Positions 19,311-28,344 of a stretch of 64,000 bases of DNA are shown here, piece after piece (the stretch's first letter is position 1; each line of letters opens with the position of its first letter). The position numbers were made by a program, and so were the translations under genes. This stretch comes from Acidobacteriota bacterium (GTDB lineage: Bacteria > Acidobacteriota > UBA6911): positions 5,600,001 to 5,664,000 of the forward strand of contig OY761556.1 of the NCBI GenBank assembly GCA_963664705.1, written 5' to 3'. The notes beneath the pieces were generated by a model. The model did no database searches and was not told the origin of the DNA. It was given only the letters and a program-made list of their open reading frames with translations.

Positions 19311-20353
19311 GAAGGGAGCCTCGGAAGGGGGCGGACTTGCAGCGCTACTGCGCGCGTATATTGCTGGTAAACGTCTTGTGGGGTGACCTGCACATAATGC
19401 AGGGTCGTCTGAATATCGGAATGCCCCATCAACTGCATAAGTGCCGGCAGGCTGATTCCGGCGCGTATCATATCGGAGGCGAAAGTGTGGCGGAACCGAT
19501 GCGGGTGAGCAAGCTTAATACCAGTACGCTTGCGGTGGTAACGGAACAATGACCTCAGTCCGGCCAGAGTCATACGGGTTCCGCGGGCCTGCCCCTTTAG
19601 CGAGACGAAAAGCGCAGCGGTGGCAACCTGGGGCCGTTCCATCCGCCGATAGTGGTCGAGGAGCTGCACGGTTTCCGGCGCCAGTGGCAGTAAGCGTAAT
19701 TTGTTGCCTTTGCCGCGTACGCGCAGCTGTGCTTCGGAGAGCAACAAGTCGTCCTGATTTAGACCCAACACTTCGGCCGAGCGCAGTCCTTGAAAAAGCA
19801 TCACTCCAACAAGAGCCAAATCGCGAGCCATGCGGAAACTGGACCAAAAACGTGCCACCTCGTCCACCGAGAGCGGAACAAGTTGGCGTTTGGGCACCTT
19901 CACTCGCAGCCGGCTCATGGCCAGCCGTCGACGGCCCAGGCCCAGCGGTCCACGCCGCAAATAAACATGCTGGAAGCCCTGTGCCATGGACGAGGGGGAG
20001 TCAGGAAACTGATTGCGAAGAGCGCGATCGGCAACGCCAACACGGTGATTGATTGTATAACTGGAAATCGGGGGTTGGTGGTTACACTGAAACTTCAGAT
20101 AATCCGGGAGAGTCGATTCGGTCAGGTCGGCTGTGCAAACATCGGCGGTGTGATGAAGACTCTCCCACCAGCGAACAAAATGTAGCAGGTAGTAAGCCCA
20201 TGCTCGCAGAGTAGTATCCGCCAACCGGCGGACATACTCGTGATCGAGGTAGCGATTGACCCAGCCAATCTCCTGACCAGTTTCTTGCTCGACCACACGA
20301 ACCGGGCTTTGTGCGGTGTTGCGAATCTGCGGGCGAATCACACAAAATTTCAT
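19307..20353 (-). CDS. Tyrosine recombinase A (copy 1)
   Basis: GLRSAE, GKGNK, PHRFRH, MGHS and LHY; likely start MKFCVI at 20353; ATGA overlap with B. Confidence 0.92.
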   Translation of the reverse strand: MKFCVIRPQIRNTAQSPVRVVEQETGQEIGWVNRYLDHEYVRRLADTTLRAWAYYLLHFVRWWESLHHTADVCTADLTESTLPDYLKFQCNHQPPISSYTINHRVGVADRALRNQFPDSPSSMAQGFQHVYLRRGPLGLGRRRLAMSRLRVKVPKRQLVPLSVDEVARFWSSFRMARDLALVGVMLFQGLRSAEVLGLNQDDLLLSEAQLRVRGKGNKLRLLPLAPETVQLLDHYRRMERPQVATAALFVSLKGQARGTRMTLAGLRSLFRYHRKRTGIKLAHPHRFRHTFASDMIRAGISLPALMQLMGHSDIQTTLHYVQVTPQDVYQQYTRAVALQVRPLPRLPS

Positions 20354-20390
20354 AGCAGAGCCAAGCTCCAGAAAAGAATGTGTATCAGAG

Positions 20391-20708
20391 TCAGGCAGCA
20401 GGAAGTTCAAGTACCTGGTAGACTCCATCTTTGAATGCGATCAGATCTCGCGCCAGGAGTTCATTACGGGCGCCGGTAAGTTCGTGGCGGTGATGAATCT
20501 CGAGGAGTTCCTCCATACGTTCGTCGGAGTAAAAACTCACACCATCTCGATTAGCAACTGAGACCAAGACCAAGTAGAGAAGCTTTTCCAAGCGGGTTAG
20601 TCCCTGATCGAAACCCTGCCGAAAAAAGCGATGGTCAATCCAACTGAAAGAACCGCTGATGGCGCGGAGTCGGTCCGGCTGTAGCGGTTGAGGTCGTTTG
20701 TTCATCAT
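20391..20708 (-). CDS. Small winged-helix/replication-initiator-like protein (copy 1)
   Basis: FSWIDHRF, LLYLVL, GVSFYSD and YQVLEL motifs. Confidence 0.7.
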   Translation of the reverse strand: MMNKRPQPLQPDRLRAISGSFSWIDHRFFRQGFDQGLTRLEKLLYLVLVSVANRDGVSFYSDERMEELLEIHHRHELTGARNELLARDLIAFKDGVYQVLELPAA

Positions 20709-20787
20709 GCTTTCCCCATTTTGTACATGCCGAAATTAACGAAGCTATATGGGATGAATCAATATGTCGGGACTAAATCTAACAAGC

Positions 20788-21291
20788 TCATCGGCGGCTG
20801 CGGTGACGCTCCGACCAACGCCTCTCTCGCTCCCAAACTCGTTCGAGAGCGCGGCGACATGCATAGGAACAGAAGCGTTGCAGGGGCGACCGCCGGCTGC
20901 GGTGGAATTCTTGGTATCAACCAGGGCGATCGCAGGAACACGAAAATAAGTTTCTTATAATGACCCTCGCTTCGGGGGCCGGGCCCTTGTTTTGTTGCGT
21001 GCGCTCCTTTTGCCGCACTCTGTATCTGTGGCTTTGAACGCGGCGAACCTGCTTTCCACCATCAGTTTTGCGGTACTTTTGCCGGGCTTTCCACTCTCTC
21101 CATTTTCCCGCCTCATTGCGGCAATGCTCGCTACAATAGCGTGCTCGGGGGTGTTCCGGCCGGAATATGCGACCGCAGTCTTTCAGCAAACACGCACGGG
21201 CGCGCGGCCATCTAGCTTTTCGCCTGGTATGGGGTCTTGTTCCTTTTGCTTGATTTTGAAGGAGAATTATCGGATGTTCACGAGGGCCCAT
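20788..21291 (-). CDS. Basic double Zn-finger protein with an in-frame TGA at 20917-20919 (copy 1)
   Basis: CLLKDC...YCSEHC, then CDRPG*Y...FCSYAC; the frame stays open for 42 more codons past the TGA. Confidence 0.65.
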
Positions 21292-21689
21292 GGGAGTTGC
21301 CTCTCCCAGAAGCTCAAGCCTCGAGGGGGACCCATTCCCCTTCGGGGCACACTGAGCACAATTGGATGCAATATCCTTAACCCTGCTCTTAGATTAGGAT
21401 CGGAAATAAAACCGGCGAGATTACTCGAAAATCAAATTCGATTTGCCGAGTAGTTGTTGTTGCGAAGCACCGTGAAAAAAAGCAGAAGTATAAGGGAAAA
21501 GCTATATTTATACTGCTTCACAACTTGAAGAATTACCGAAAGACTTTATAGACCAATTTTAAACATTGGCCGGTTATTTTGGACTTCCTGGGACCTTGGA
21601 AAACTTTCACAAATTAGGTAGGCATTCTTATACCTATTACGTTCTTGTTATTAGGAACAGTGGAGGACTTATAGGGAGGGTATTGCGCA

Positions 21690-22430
21690 ATGAGAAAGGC
21701 ATCTATTCTTATAATTTTCGCAGGGCTAGTTGTTTTTGTGCTCATTAATGTTCGATATATTTCGGGTTCTTGCATAACTCCCGGTCCTCCATGCCAGGAG
21801 TTTTGGCGTGCAAACGCGGTATTTGCTGGGCGTGTTATATCTGTCACCGACGACACAGCGAAATGGCCGTCTAATCTGAGCTATCAGGAACTGAATAAGC
21901 TTGATCCATCAACAGCCGTGCATGTGGTGTTTGATGTCAGCGAACCATTTCGAGGGGTAAGCGAATCCAAGATTGAAGTCCTAACAGGCAGTCGAGGTCC
22001 TAAGGTATGGTCTTCGGAGGCCTTTGATTTTAGAGTCGGGCAGGAATATATCGTCTATGCATCCCGGCTAACATCACGACCTGACCTTTATACCTCAGGA
22101 TGCGCACGGACTCGCTTGATCCAAAATGCGGCAGAAGATTTGGCCTATGCTCGATCTTTGGCTACGAGCACAGCAACCGGAGCCCAAATATTTGGAACAG
22201 TTTTTTCGCCCATAACTCAAAAACCCATAAGTGGCATCCAGATATCGCTCTTGCTGGGTCAAAAAAGTTGGAAAACTAAGACCAATTCGGATGGCGATTT
22301 CGTATTTACCGGAAAGCCCGTGGGTGATTATCAAGTATTGCTTCCCAGCGGAAGGCAAATTTCTGCCAGTGTTTTGGATGTCAAAGGATGCGCATGCATG
22401 GGAAAAATTCCGGATAGGTTGGACCGATGA
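21690..22430 (+). CDS. Secreted protein with TIMP/NTR-like domain and carboxypeptidase-regulatory-like domain
   Basis: SC...PCQEF...AVFAGRV, FRVGQEYIVYA, CARTR and TNSDGDFVF motifs. Confidence 0.75.
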   Translation: MRKASILIIFAGLVVFVLINVRYISGSCITPGPPCQEFWRANAVFAGRVISVTDDTAKWPSNLSYQELNKLDPSTAVHVVFDVSEPFRGVSESKIEVLTGSRGPKVWSSEAFDFRVGQEYIVYASRLTSRPDLYTSGCARTRLIQNAAEDLAYARSLATSTATGAQIFGTVFSPITQKPISGIQISLLLGQKSWKTKTNSDGDFVFTGKPVGDYQVLLPSGRQISASVLDVKGCACMGKIPDRLDR

Positions 22431-22450
22431 GAAGTAACTGATTTTGAGGA

Positions 22451-22485
22451 AATTTACTTTTTGGCGTTATCTCCCACAATCGGAC
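22451..22485 (+). repeat. Cassette-boundary site J, left part (right arm at 25922-25935)
   Basis: AATTTACTTTTTGGC GTTATCTCCCACAA TCGGAC | element | ATATTGGGATTTAC. Confidence 0.85.
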
Positions 22486-22510
22486 ATAACCGGCCAATCG
22501 CTGCCCGTTT

Positions 22511-23647
22511 TTAGGCTCTGCGGAGTTTGCCCGCCTCTTTGATTATCTTGGTAAGGCGATTGGAGAGTCGGTTGAGGCATTTGCGTTCAACACCAATCGG
22601 CAGTCCGCGCCGAAACATCTCCATTGCACGTTGAGTGGCGTGCAATGAATCGATTACCCCATCTAAACCAGTTCGAATGGGATCTGACGGTCTCGGTTGA
22701 GGAACCAGGTGTCGGGGTTTTGAATGAGCCAGTTGAAACTCTCTCTGAAGGTCTTTCAACGCCACTTCGATATAGAGCATTGTCATGTCCGGAGAAGTGT
22801 GGCCGAGTAATTTCATCAGTACAGGAAAACTGACGCCGGAGCGAAGCATCTCTGTGGCATAGGTGTGGCGAAACTGGTGTGGAACAATGCGAGTGGAGAT
22901 TTCGAGAGAGTAACAAACTTCATGCAGATAATCGCGAAGTTGACGAACGAGAGCATACTTGGTGCTAGGCCGTGCAAGCAGTCGACCGTCAGGAGGACAC
23001 GGATCTAGAAAACGAAAGAATCGCAAGCGTTGGATAATCGCGACTATCGACGAATCCACCGGGACCATCCGTTCTGTTTTGAGTTTACCAAGTGGTACGT
23101 GAATGGCCCACTGGCGGAGACCGGTCGAGCGGAGGCAATCGACGGGCAAATCGGCGCACTCGCCAATGCGCATGCCGGTATGGCGGAGGAGCAGAAAGAC
23201 ATTCGATCCCAGATCGTTGCGCTTGAGGAACTCCTTCTGCAGAAGCTGATCCTGTTCGGCGGTGAGCGGACGTGCAAGTCTGTGCGGGCGGCGAGGGATA
23301 TCTTCACGACGAATCAAGCGGGCGACTTGAGGAAGCTGTTTGGTCCACGCCAGTTCTATGAACAGAGGGCGTAAAGCGATGAGCTTACCGATATAGGTGG
23401 ATGTGGCGAGCGGAGGCGTCTGGGCGCGCAAGTGGGACATCCAGCCGAGGAGGTGTGGCTCCCGCCGCAGTTGTTCGAGAGAATTCACCTCGGGGAAATG
23501 GGCGCCCAGATAAGTAAGGAAGTTGCGTACGGTCCCGCGATACTGGACCTGGCTTGCTGAGCCGAGCGCAATACAGAGCGAATCGACCGCGCGATCAAAG
23601 ACATCAACCAGTGGATGTGAGAGGGGAGGACGCCAGGAGCGTTTCAT
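22511..23647 (-). CDS. Tyrosine recombinase B (copy 2)
   Basis: Translation identical to 18174-19310. Confidence 0.92.
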   Translation of the reverse strand: MKRSWRPPLSHPLVDVFDRAVDSLCIALGSASQVQYRGTVRNFLTYLGAHFPEVNSLEQLRREPHLLGWMSHLRAQTPPLATSTYIGKLIALRPLFIELAWTKQLPQVARLIRREDIPRRPHRLARPLTAEQDQLLQKEFLKRNDLGSNVFLLLRHTGMRIGECADLPVDCLRSTGLRQWAIHVPLGKLKTERMVPVDSSIVAIIQRLRFFRFLDPCPPDGRLLARPSTKYALVRQLRDYLHEVCYSLEISTRIVPHQFRHTYATEMLRSGVSFPVLMKLLGHTSPDMTMLYIEVALKDLQREFQLAHSKPRHLVPQPRPSDPIRTGLDGVIDSLHATQRAMEMFRRGLPIGVERKCLNRLSNRLTKIIKEAGKLRRA

Positions 23648-24690
23648 GAAGGGAGCCTCGGAAGGGGGCGGACTTGCAGCGCTACTGCGCGCGTATATTG
23701 CTGGTAAACGTCTTGTGGGGTGACCTGCACATAATGCAGGGTCGTCTGAATATCGGAATGCCCCATCAACTGCATAAGTGCCGGCAGGCTGATTCCGGCG
23801 CGTATCATATCGGAGGCGAAAGTGTGGCGGAACCGATGCGGGTGAGCAAGCTTAATACCAGTACGCTTGCGGTGGTAACGGAACAATGACCTCAGTCCGG
23901 CCAGAGTCATACGGGTTCCGCGGGCCTGCCCCTTTAGCGAGACGAAAAGCGCAGCGGTGGCAACCTGGGGCCGTTCCATCCGCCGATAGTGGTCGAGGAG
24001 CTGCACGGTTTCCGGCGCCAGTGGCAGTAAGCGTAATTTGTTGCCTTTGCCGCGTACGCGCAGCTGTGCTTCGGAGAGCAACAAGTCGTCCTGATTTAGA
24101 CCCAACACTTCGGCCGAGCGCAGTCCTTGAAAAAGCATCACTCCAACAAGAGCCAAATCGCGAGCCATGCGGAAACTGGACCAAAAACGTGCCACCTCGT
24201 CCACCGAGAGCGGAACAAGTTGGCGTTTGGGCACCTTCACTCGCAGCCGGCTCATGGCCAGCCGTCGACGGCCCAGGCCCAGCGGTCCACGCCGCAAATA
24301 AACATGCTGGAAGCCCTGTGCCATGGACGAGGGGGAGTCAGGAAACTGATTGCGAAGAGCGCGATCGGCAACGCCAACACGGTGATTGATTGTATAACTG
24401 GAAATCGGGGGTTGGTGGTTACACTGAAACTTCAGATAATCCGGGAGAGTCGATTCGGTCAGGTCGGCTGTGCAAACATCGGCGGTGTGATGAAGACTCT
24501 CCCACCAGCGAACAAAATGTAGCAGGTAGTAAGCCCATGCTCGCAGAGTAGTATCCGCCAACCGGCGGACATACTCGTGATCGAGGTAGCGATTGACCCA
24601 GCCAATCTCCTGACCAGTTTCTTGCTCGACCACACGAACCGGGCTTTGTGCGGTGTTGCGAATCTGCGGGCGAATCACACAAAATTTCAT
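23644..24690 (-). CDS. Tyrosine recombinase A (copy 2)
   Basis: Translation identical to 19307-20353. Confidence 0.92.
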   Translation of the reverse strand: MKFCVIRPQIRNTAQSPVRVVEQETGQEIGWVNRYLDHEYVRRLADTTLRAWAYYLLHFVRWWESLHHTADVCTADLTESTLPDYLKFQCNHQPPISSYTINHRVGVADRALRNQFPDSPSSMAQGFQHVYLRRGPLGLGRRRLAMSRLRVKVPKRQLVPLSVDEVARFWSSFRMARDLALVGVMLFQGLRSAEVLGLNQDDLLLSEAQLRVRGKGNKLRLLPLAPETVQLLDHYRRMERPQVATAALFVSLKGQARGTRMTLAGLRSLFRYHRKRTGIKLAHPHRFRHTFASDMIRAGISLPALMQLMGHSDIQTTLHYVQVTPQDVYQQYTRAVALQVRPLPRLPS

Positions 24691-24727
24691 AGCAGAGCCA
24701 AGCTCCAGAAAAGAATGTGTATCAGAG

Positions 24728-25045
24728 TCAGGCAGCAGGAAGTTCAAGTACCTGGTAGACTCCATCTTTGAATGCGATCAGATCTCGCGCCAGGAGTTCA
24801 TTACGGGCGCCGGTAAGTTCGTGGCGGTGATGAATCTCGAGGAGTTCCTCCATACGTTCGTCGGAGTAAAAACTCACACCATCTCGATTAGCAACTGAGA
24901 CCAAGACCAAGTAGAGAAGCTTTTCCAAGCGGGTTAGTCCCTGATCGAAACCCTGCCGAAAAAAGCGATGGTCAATCCAACTGAAAGAACCGCTGATGGC
25001 GCGGAGTCGGTCCGGCTGTAGCGGTTGAGGTCGTTTGTTCATCAT
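24728..25045 (-). CDS. Small winged-helix/replication-initiator-like protein (copy 2)
   Basis: Identical to 20391-20708. Confidence 0.7.
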   Translation of the reverse strand: MMNKRPQPLQPDRLRAISGSFSWIDHRFFRQGFDQGLTRLEKLLYLVLVSVANRDGVSFYSDERMEELLEIHHRHELTGARNELLARDLIAFKDGVYQVLELPAA

Positions 25046-25124
25046 GCTTTCCCCATTTTGTACATGCCGAAATTAACGAAGCTATATGGGATGAATCAAT
25101 ATGTCGGGACTAAATCTAACAAGC

Positions 25125-25628
25125 TCATCGGCGGCTGCGGTGACGCTCCGACCAACGCCTCTCTCGCTCCCAAACTCGTTCGAGAGCGCGGCGACATGCA
25201 TAGGAACAGAAGCGTTGCAGGGGCGACCGCCGGCTGCGGTGGAATTCTTGGTATCAACCAGGGCGATCGCAGGAACACGAAAATAAGTTTCTTATAATGA
25301 CCCTCGCTTCGGGGGCCGGGCCCTTGTTTTGTTGCGTGCGCTCCTTTTGCCGCACTCTGTATCTGTGGCTTTGAACGCGGCGAACCTGCTTTCCACCATC
25401 AGTTTTGCGGTACTTTTGCCGGGCTTTCCACTCTCTCCATTTTCCCGCCTCATTGCGGCAATGCTCGCTACAATAGCGTGCTCGGGGGTGTTCCGGCCGG
25501 AATATGCGACCGCAGTCTTTCAGCAAACACGCACGGGCGCGCGGCCATCTAGCTTTTCGCCTGGTATGGGGTCTTGTTCCTTTTGCTTGATTTTGAAGGA
25601 GAATTATCGGATGTTCACGAGGGCCCAT
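25125..25628 (-). CDS. Double Zn-finger protein with an in-frame TGA at 25254-25256 (copy 2)
   Basis: Identical to 20788-21291, including the TGA. Confidence 0.65.
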
Positions 25629-26008
25629 GGGAGTTGCCTCTCCCAGAAGCTCAAGCCTCGAGGGGGACCCATTCCCCTTCGGGGCACACTGAGCACAATT
25701 GGATGCAATATCCTTAACCCTGCTCTTAGATTAGGATCGGAAATAAAACCGGCGAGATTACTCGAAAATCAAATTCGATTTGCCGAGTAGTTGTTGTTGC
25801 GAAGCACCGTGAAAAAAAGCAGAAGTATAAGGGAAAAGCTATATTTATACTGCTTCACAACTTGAAGAATTACCGAAAGACTTTATAGACCAATTTTAAA
25901 CATTGGCCGGTTATTTTGGACATATTGGGATTTACTCCATTTATAAATTGGAAGGTGTGGGATCATGAAGCTGTAGTATAAAAGTATAATTCAGCACTTT
26001 GGTGAATC

Positions 26009-26878
26009 ATGAACTGGCCAGCCCGAATCACTCTCGGGATTTTGGGAGTCGTCCTTCTTTCCGTGTCATACCTCTGTATCCGCCATTACACTCGTGAGGA
26101 CAACTCGATCAGCACTTCGATCCATCTCGAACCAGTTGTTCGCAATTCCCCCAATTTCCCCACGGTGCATTCGGGTGTAGATCAATTACCACAAGAAAGA
26201 AAATCGTTATCAGCGACAATCCCCTTTGGACGTTCAAATCCAAATTCGGGAGATCTGTCTAATGCCACTGCTGCGGAAAGAACAGTTCGTGTTGCCCTTC
26301 AGATGATTGAAGAGGGTGATTACAAAAAGGCCCGAGATTTGCTCCTGACGAGAATCATGGCTACGCCTCGCGGTAGCAATTATCTCAGGTACGGTAAGCC
26401 AGATCGTGTATCCATGCGAAAGGAAATTACGCTCACTGGAAAGGATCAGGTCCAGTTCGAAAATTGGGTTTACGAAAATGGCCGAGGCAGGATCTCGCGT
26501 GAGCTTGAGTTTATGGCTAACCCAGCAGACCGACAGACAGAAGAACAAGGGGCGTCCGAATTGTGGGCCCTCGGCTACAGCTTTTATAGTGAAGGAGGGG
26601 TCGAAAACGAGAAAAAAGGCAAAAATATTTTTGAGGATTTCCTCGTAATTTTTGCAAATGGTCCTGAAGATTTGGTTCAAGCAGCTCAAATTGATATTGC
26701 CGTTATTGACATTAAGCTAATGCATTCTGCTTCTACTCTTGGATACAGGATTGCAGCAGCTTCTGAGGCAGTAGAAGTGCTTAAGAAATTTATATTGAAA
26801 TGGCCAAATCACCCTAGAGCCAATGACGCGGGTATTTCACTAAAAATTGCGCAGGAATTTTTGCTTAATCCTAGGTAG
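26009..26878 (+). CDS. Membrane-anchored TPR-like protein containing a GWxTD-domain-like segment
   Basis: N-terminal TM; EEGDYKKARDLL and FILKWPNHPRA (BamD/TPR-like); YLRYGKPDRV...FENWVY insert. Confidence 0.6.
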   Translation: MNWPARITLGILGVVLLSVSYLCIRHYTREDNSISTSIHLEPVVRNSPNFPTVHSGVDQLPQERKSLSATIPFGRSNPNSGDLSNATAAERTVRVALQMIEEGDYKKARDLLLTRIMATPRGSNYLRYGKPDRVSMRKEITLTGKDQVQFENWVYENGRGRISRELEFMANPADRQTEEQGASELWALGYSFYSEGGVENEKKGKNIFEDFLVIFANGPEDLVQAAQIDIAVIDIKLMHSASTLGYRIAAASEAVEVLKKFILKWPNHPRANDAGISLKIAQEFLLNPR

Positions 26879-26945
26879 TAGATCAACTTTCGATCCTATG
26901 ATACGTTCCAGATCGGGATATCCACTTACCCTACGGGGTGGCGGC

Positions 26946-26994
26946 ACTTTGCATTATGGCGTTATCTCCGCGAAGCCGACATCAAAGGAGTATC
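26946..26994 (+). repeat. Cassette-boundary site K
   Basis: ACTTTGCATTATGGC GTTATCTCCGCGAA GCCGAC ATCAAAGGAGTATC. Confidence 0.8.
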
Positions 26995-27085
26995 GGAGTA
27001 TCCTCTATTCCAGCTGAGCTCTGTTGATTGTTCCCTTCAGGAACAGAAATCAGTTGCCTTGGGCTACCAAATAGGGAGATAAGAA

Positions 27086-27463
27086 ATGAAATTTTCAGAT
27101 ATCTGCATCATTACCGAAGACGTCTCAAGACTTGCTCGGTTCTATGAATCCGTTTTCCAGACAAAGGCTGAGGGAGACGCCATTCATTCATCCCTATTAA
27201 CTGAGGGAGCAAGCATCGCTTTCTATTCAAAGAAGGCGGCTGAGACCGATATGTGTTTTGATTTCTCACAATTTTGGGGGTCAGGTAATTACACACTCGG
27301 ATACAACGTAGGTGATGTAGATCAAGAGTATGAGCGCCTGAAATCGCTAAAGATCGATTTTGTAACGATCCCTACAACTTGGCCTTGGGGTGCCAGGTCC
27401 GTGCATTTCAGAGATCCAGATGGGAACATTATCTGCTTTAGAAGCTTCCCGAAACAAAACTGA
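27086..27463 (+). CDS. VOC/glyoxalase family protein
   Basis: DVSRLARFY, VGDVDQEYERL and PWGARSVHFRDPDGN motifs. Confidence 0.92.
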   Translation: MKFSDICIITEDVSRLARFYESVFQTKAEGDAIHSSLLTEGASIAFYSKKAAETDMCFDFSQFWGSGNYTLGYNVGDVDQEYERLKSLKIDFVTIPTTWPWGARSVHFRDPDGNIICFRSFPKQN

Positions 27464-27480
27464 TATCTCGCTTTGGTGCC

Positions 27481-27529
27481 CATTGTATATAAGGCGCTAT
27501 TTCCTACAATGAGACTACAGGAAAACAAC
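27481..27529 (+). repeat. Cassette-boundary site L
   Basis: CATTGTATATAAGGC GCTATTTCCTACAA TGAGAC TACAGGAAAACAAC. Confidence 0.7.
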
Positions 27530-27564
27530 GATTTGCGGCAGAGTGATTGTGCTGAAACAATGCC

Positions 27565-28344
27565 TCATTTCTCTGGCCAAGATATTTTAATGACATTGGA
27601 CTGCAAACCGCCGAATTCGAACTGACATTTGTGTTCTCCTGATGAGATATTTTCAGTGTAATCAAACGGAGAAAGAAAGAATGCCCAGGATTTTCCTGGC
27701 CTAAGGCCTGGAACCCCGTCCCATGAAACTCCATTTCTCTTATACCGCTGGCCGTCCAGATAGAAAACGGAGGTGAACAATAGATCTGGCATGCTAACGA
27801 CTTCTTTATTGTCATTTCTAAAGTGGCCAGCAATTTTTATGTCTTTGGCTGATATGGTTTTGAGAGGGATACTCTCGATTTCGAATGGAGAACTTACCAA
27901 TCGGCCTTGAGGAGCCTGGACCTGAAAATATACAATGTTGGATTTGATACTGCCATTAACTATCCATTCGGCTCGGTAATTCCCTTTTTTGAGCTTTTTT
28001 GAAAAAAATGTGAATGCAGAGTAAGTACCCATTCGACTCTTGACCTGGACGGGTCGCGATTCTGAAATGTAGAATGCGTTGTCCTGAGAAAAGATAACAT
28101 GTCCTTTGGGGTCTTCCACTTTAACATTCGAATTTGCCAGCTCCACATCTTCTTCATGTCTGTTAATAATCAAACCACCGAATCCGATTTCATCAGTAGT
28201 CCGATAGAGTTTAGAATCGGTTATAAGATATAAAATCGGCTGACCACTTTCATCTTGACCGCTTATAAATCCAGAACTGAGGATTGTCAATGCGATTGGA
28301 ATTGCGGACAGACAAGGAATGGCAAATATTAATCTGCGTATCAT
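27565..28344 (-). CDS. Hypothetical secreted protein with two Ig-like beta domains
   Basis: Signal-like N-terminus; two modules ending G.Y...SNIVYF and G.H...SNVIKI. Confidence 0.65.
   Translation of the reverse strand: MIRRLIFAIPCLSAIPIALTILSSGFISGQDESGQPILYLITDSKLYRTTDEIGFGGLIINRHEEDVELANSNVKVEDPKGHVIFSQDNAFYISESRPVQVKSRMGTYSAFTFFSKKLKKGNYRAEWIVNGSIKSNIVYFQVQAPQGRLVSSPFEIESIPLKTISAKDIKIAGHFRNDNKEVVSMPDLLFTSVFYLDGQRYKRNGVSWDGVPGLRPGKSWAFFLSPFDYTENISSGEHKCQFEFGGLQSNVIKISWPEK

Larger units (their letters stand above)
18146..21584 (-). mobile_element. 3,439-bp dual tyrosine-recombinase element, copy 1
   Basis: Direct repeat of 22483-25921 (offset 4,337; identical ORF translations); terminal 13-bp IRs ATAACCGGCCAAT/ATTGGCCGGTTAT; GAC at both junctions. 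Confidence 0.9.
22483..25921 (-). mobile_element. 3,439-bp dual tyrosine-recombinase element, copy 2
   Basis: Same sequence and ends as 18146-21584 but with different flanks. Confidence 0.9.

Noticed and set aside
20720-20780. Internal recombination site in the element (CATGCCGAAATT...AATATGTCGGGAC)
   Set aside because: It vaguely resembles RIT-type ends but shows no clear inverted-arm symmetry.
18146-21584. Canonical RIT element or Tn554
   Set aside because: There are only two recombinases, no downstream tnpC-like gene, and the element is not inserted in radC.
18146-25921. Duplication as a pure assembly artefact
   Set aside because: The copies have different flanks, and each pair rebuilds a distinct valid target site. 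Reads are still needed to exclude it fully.
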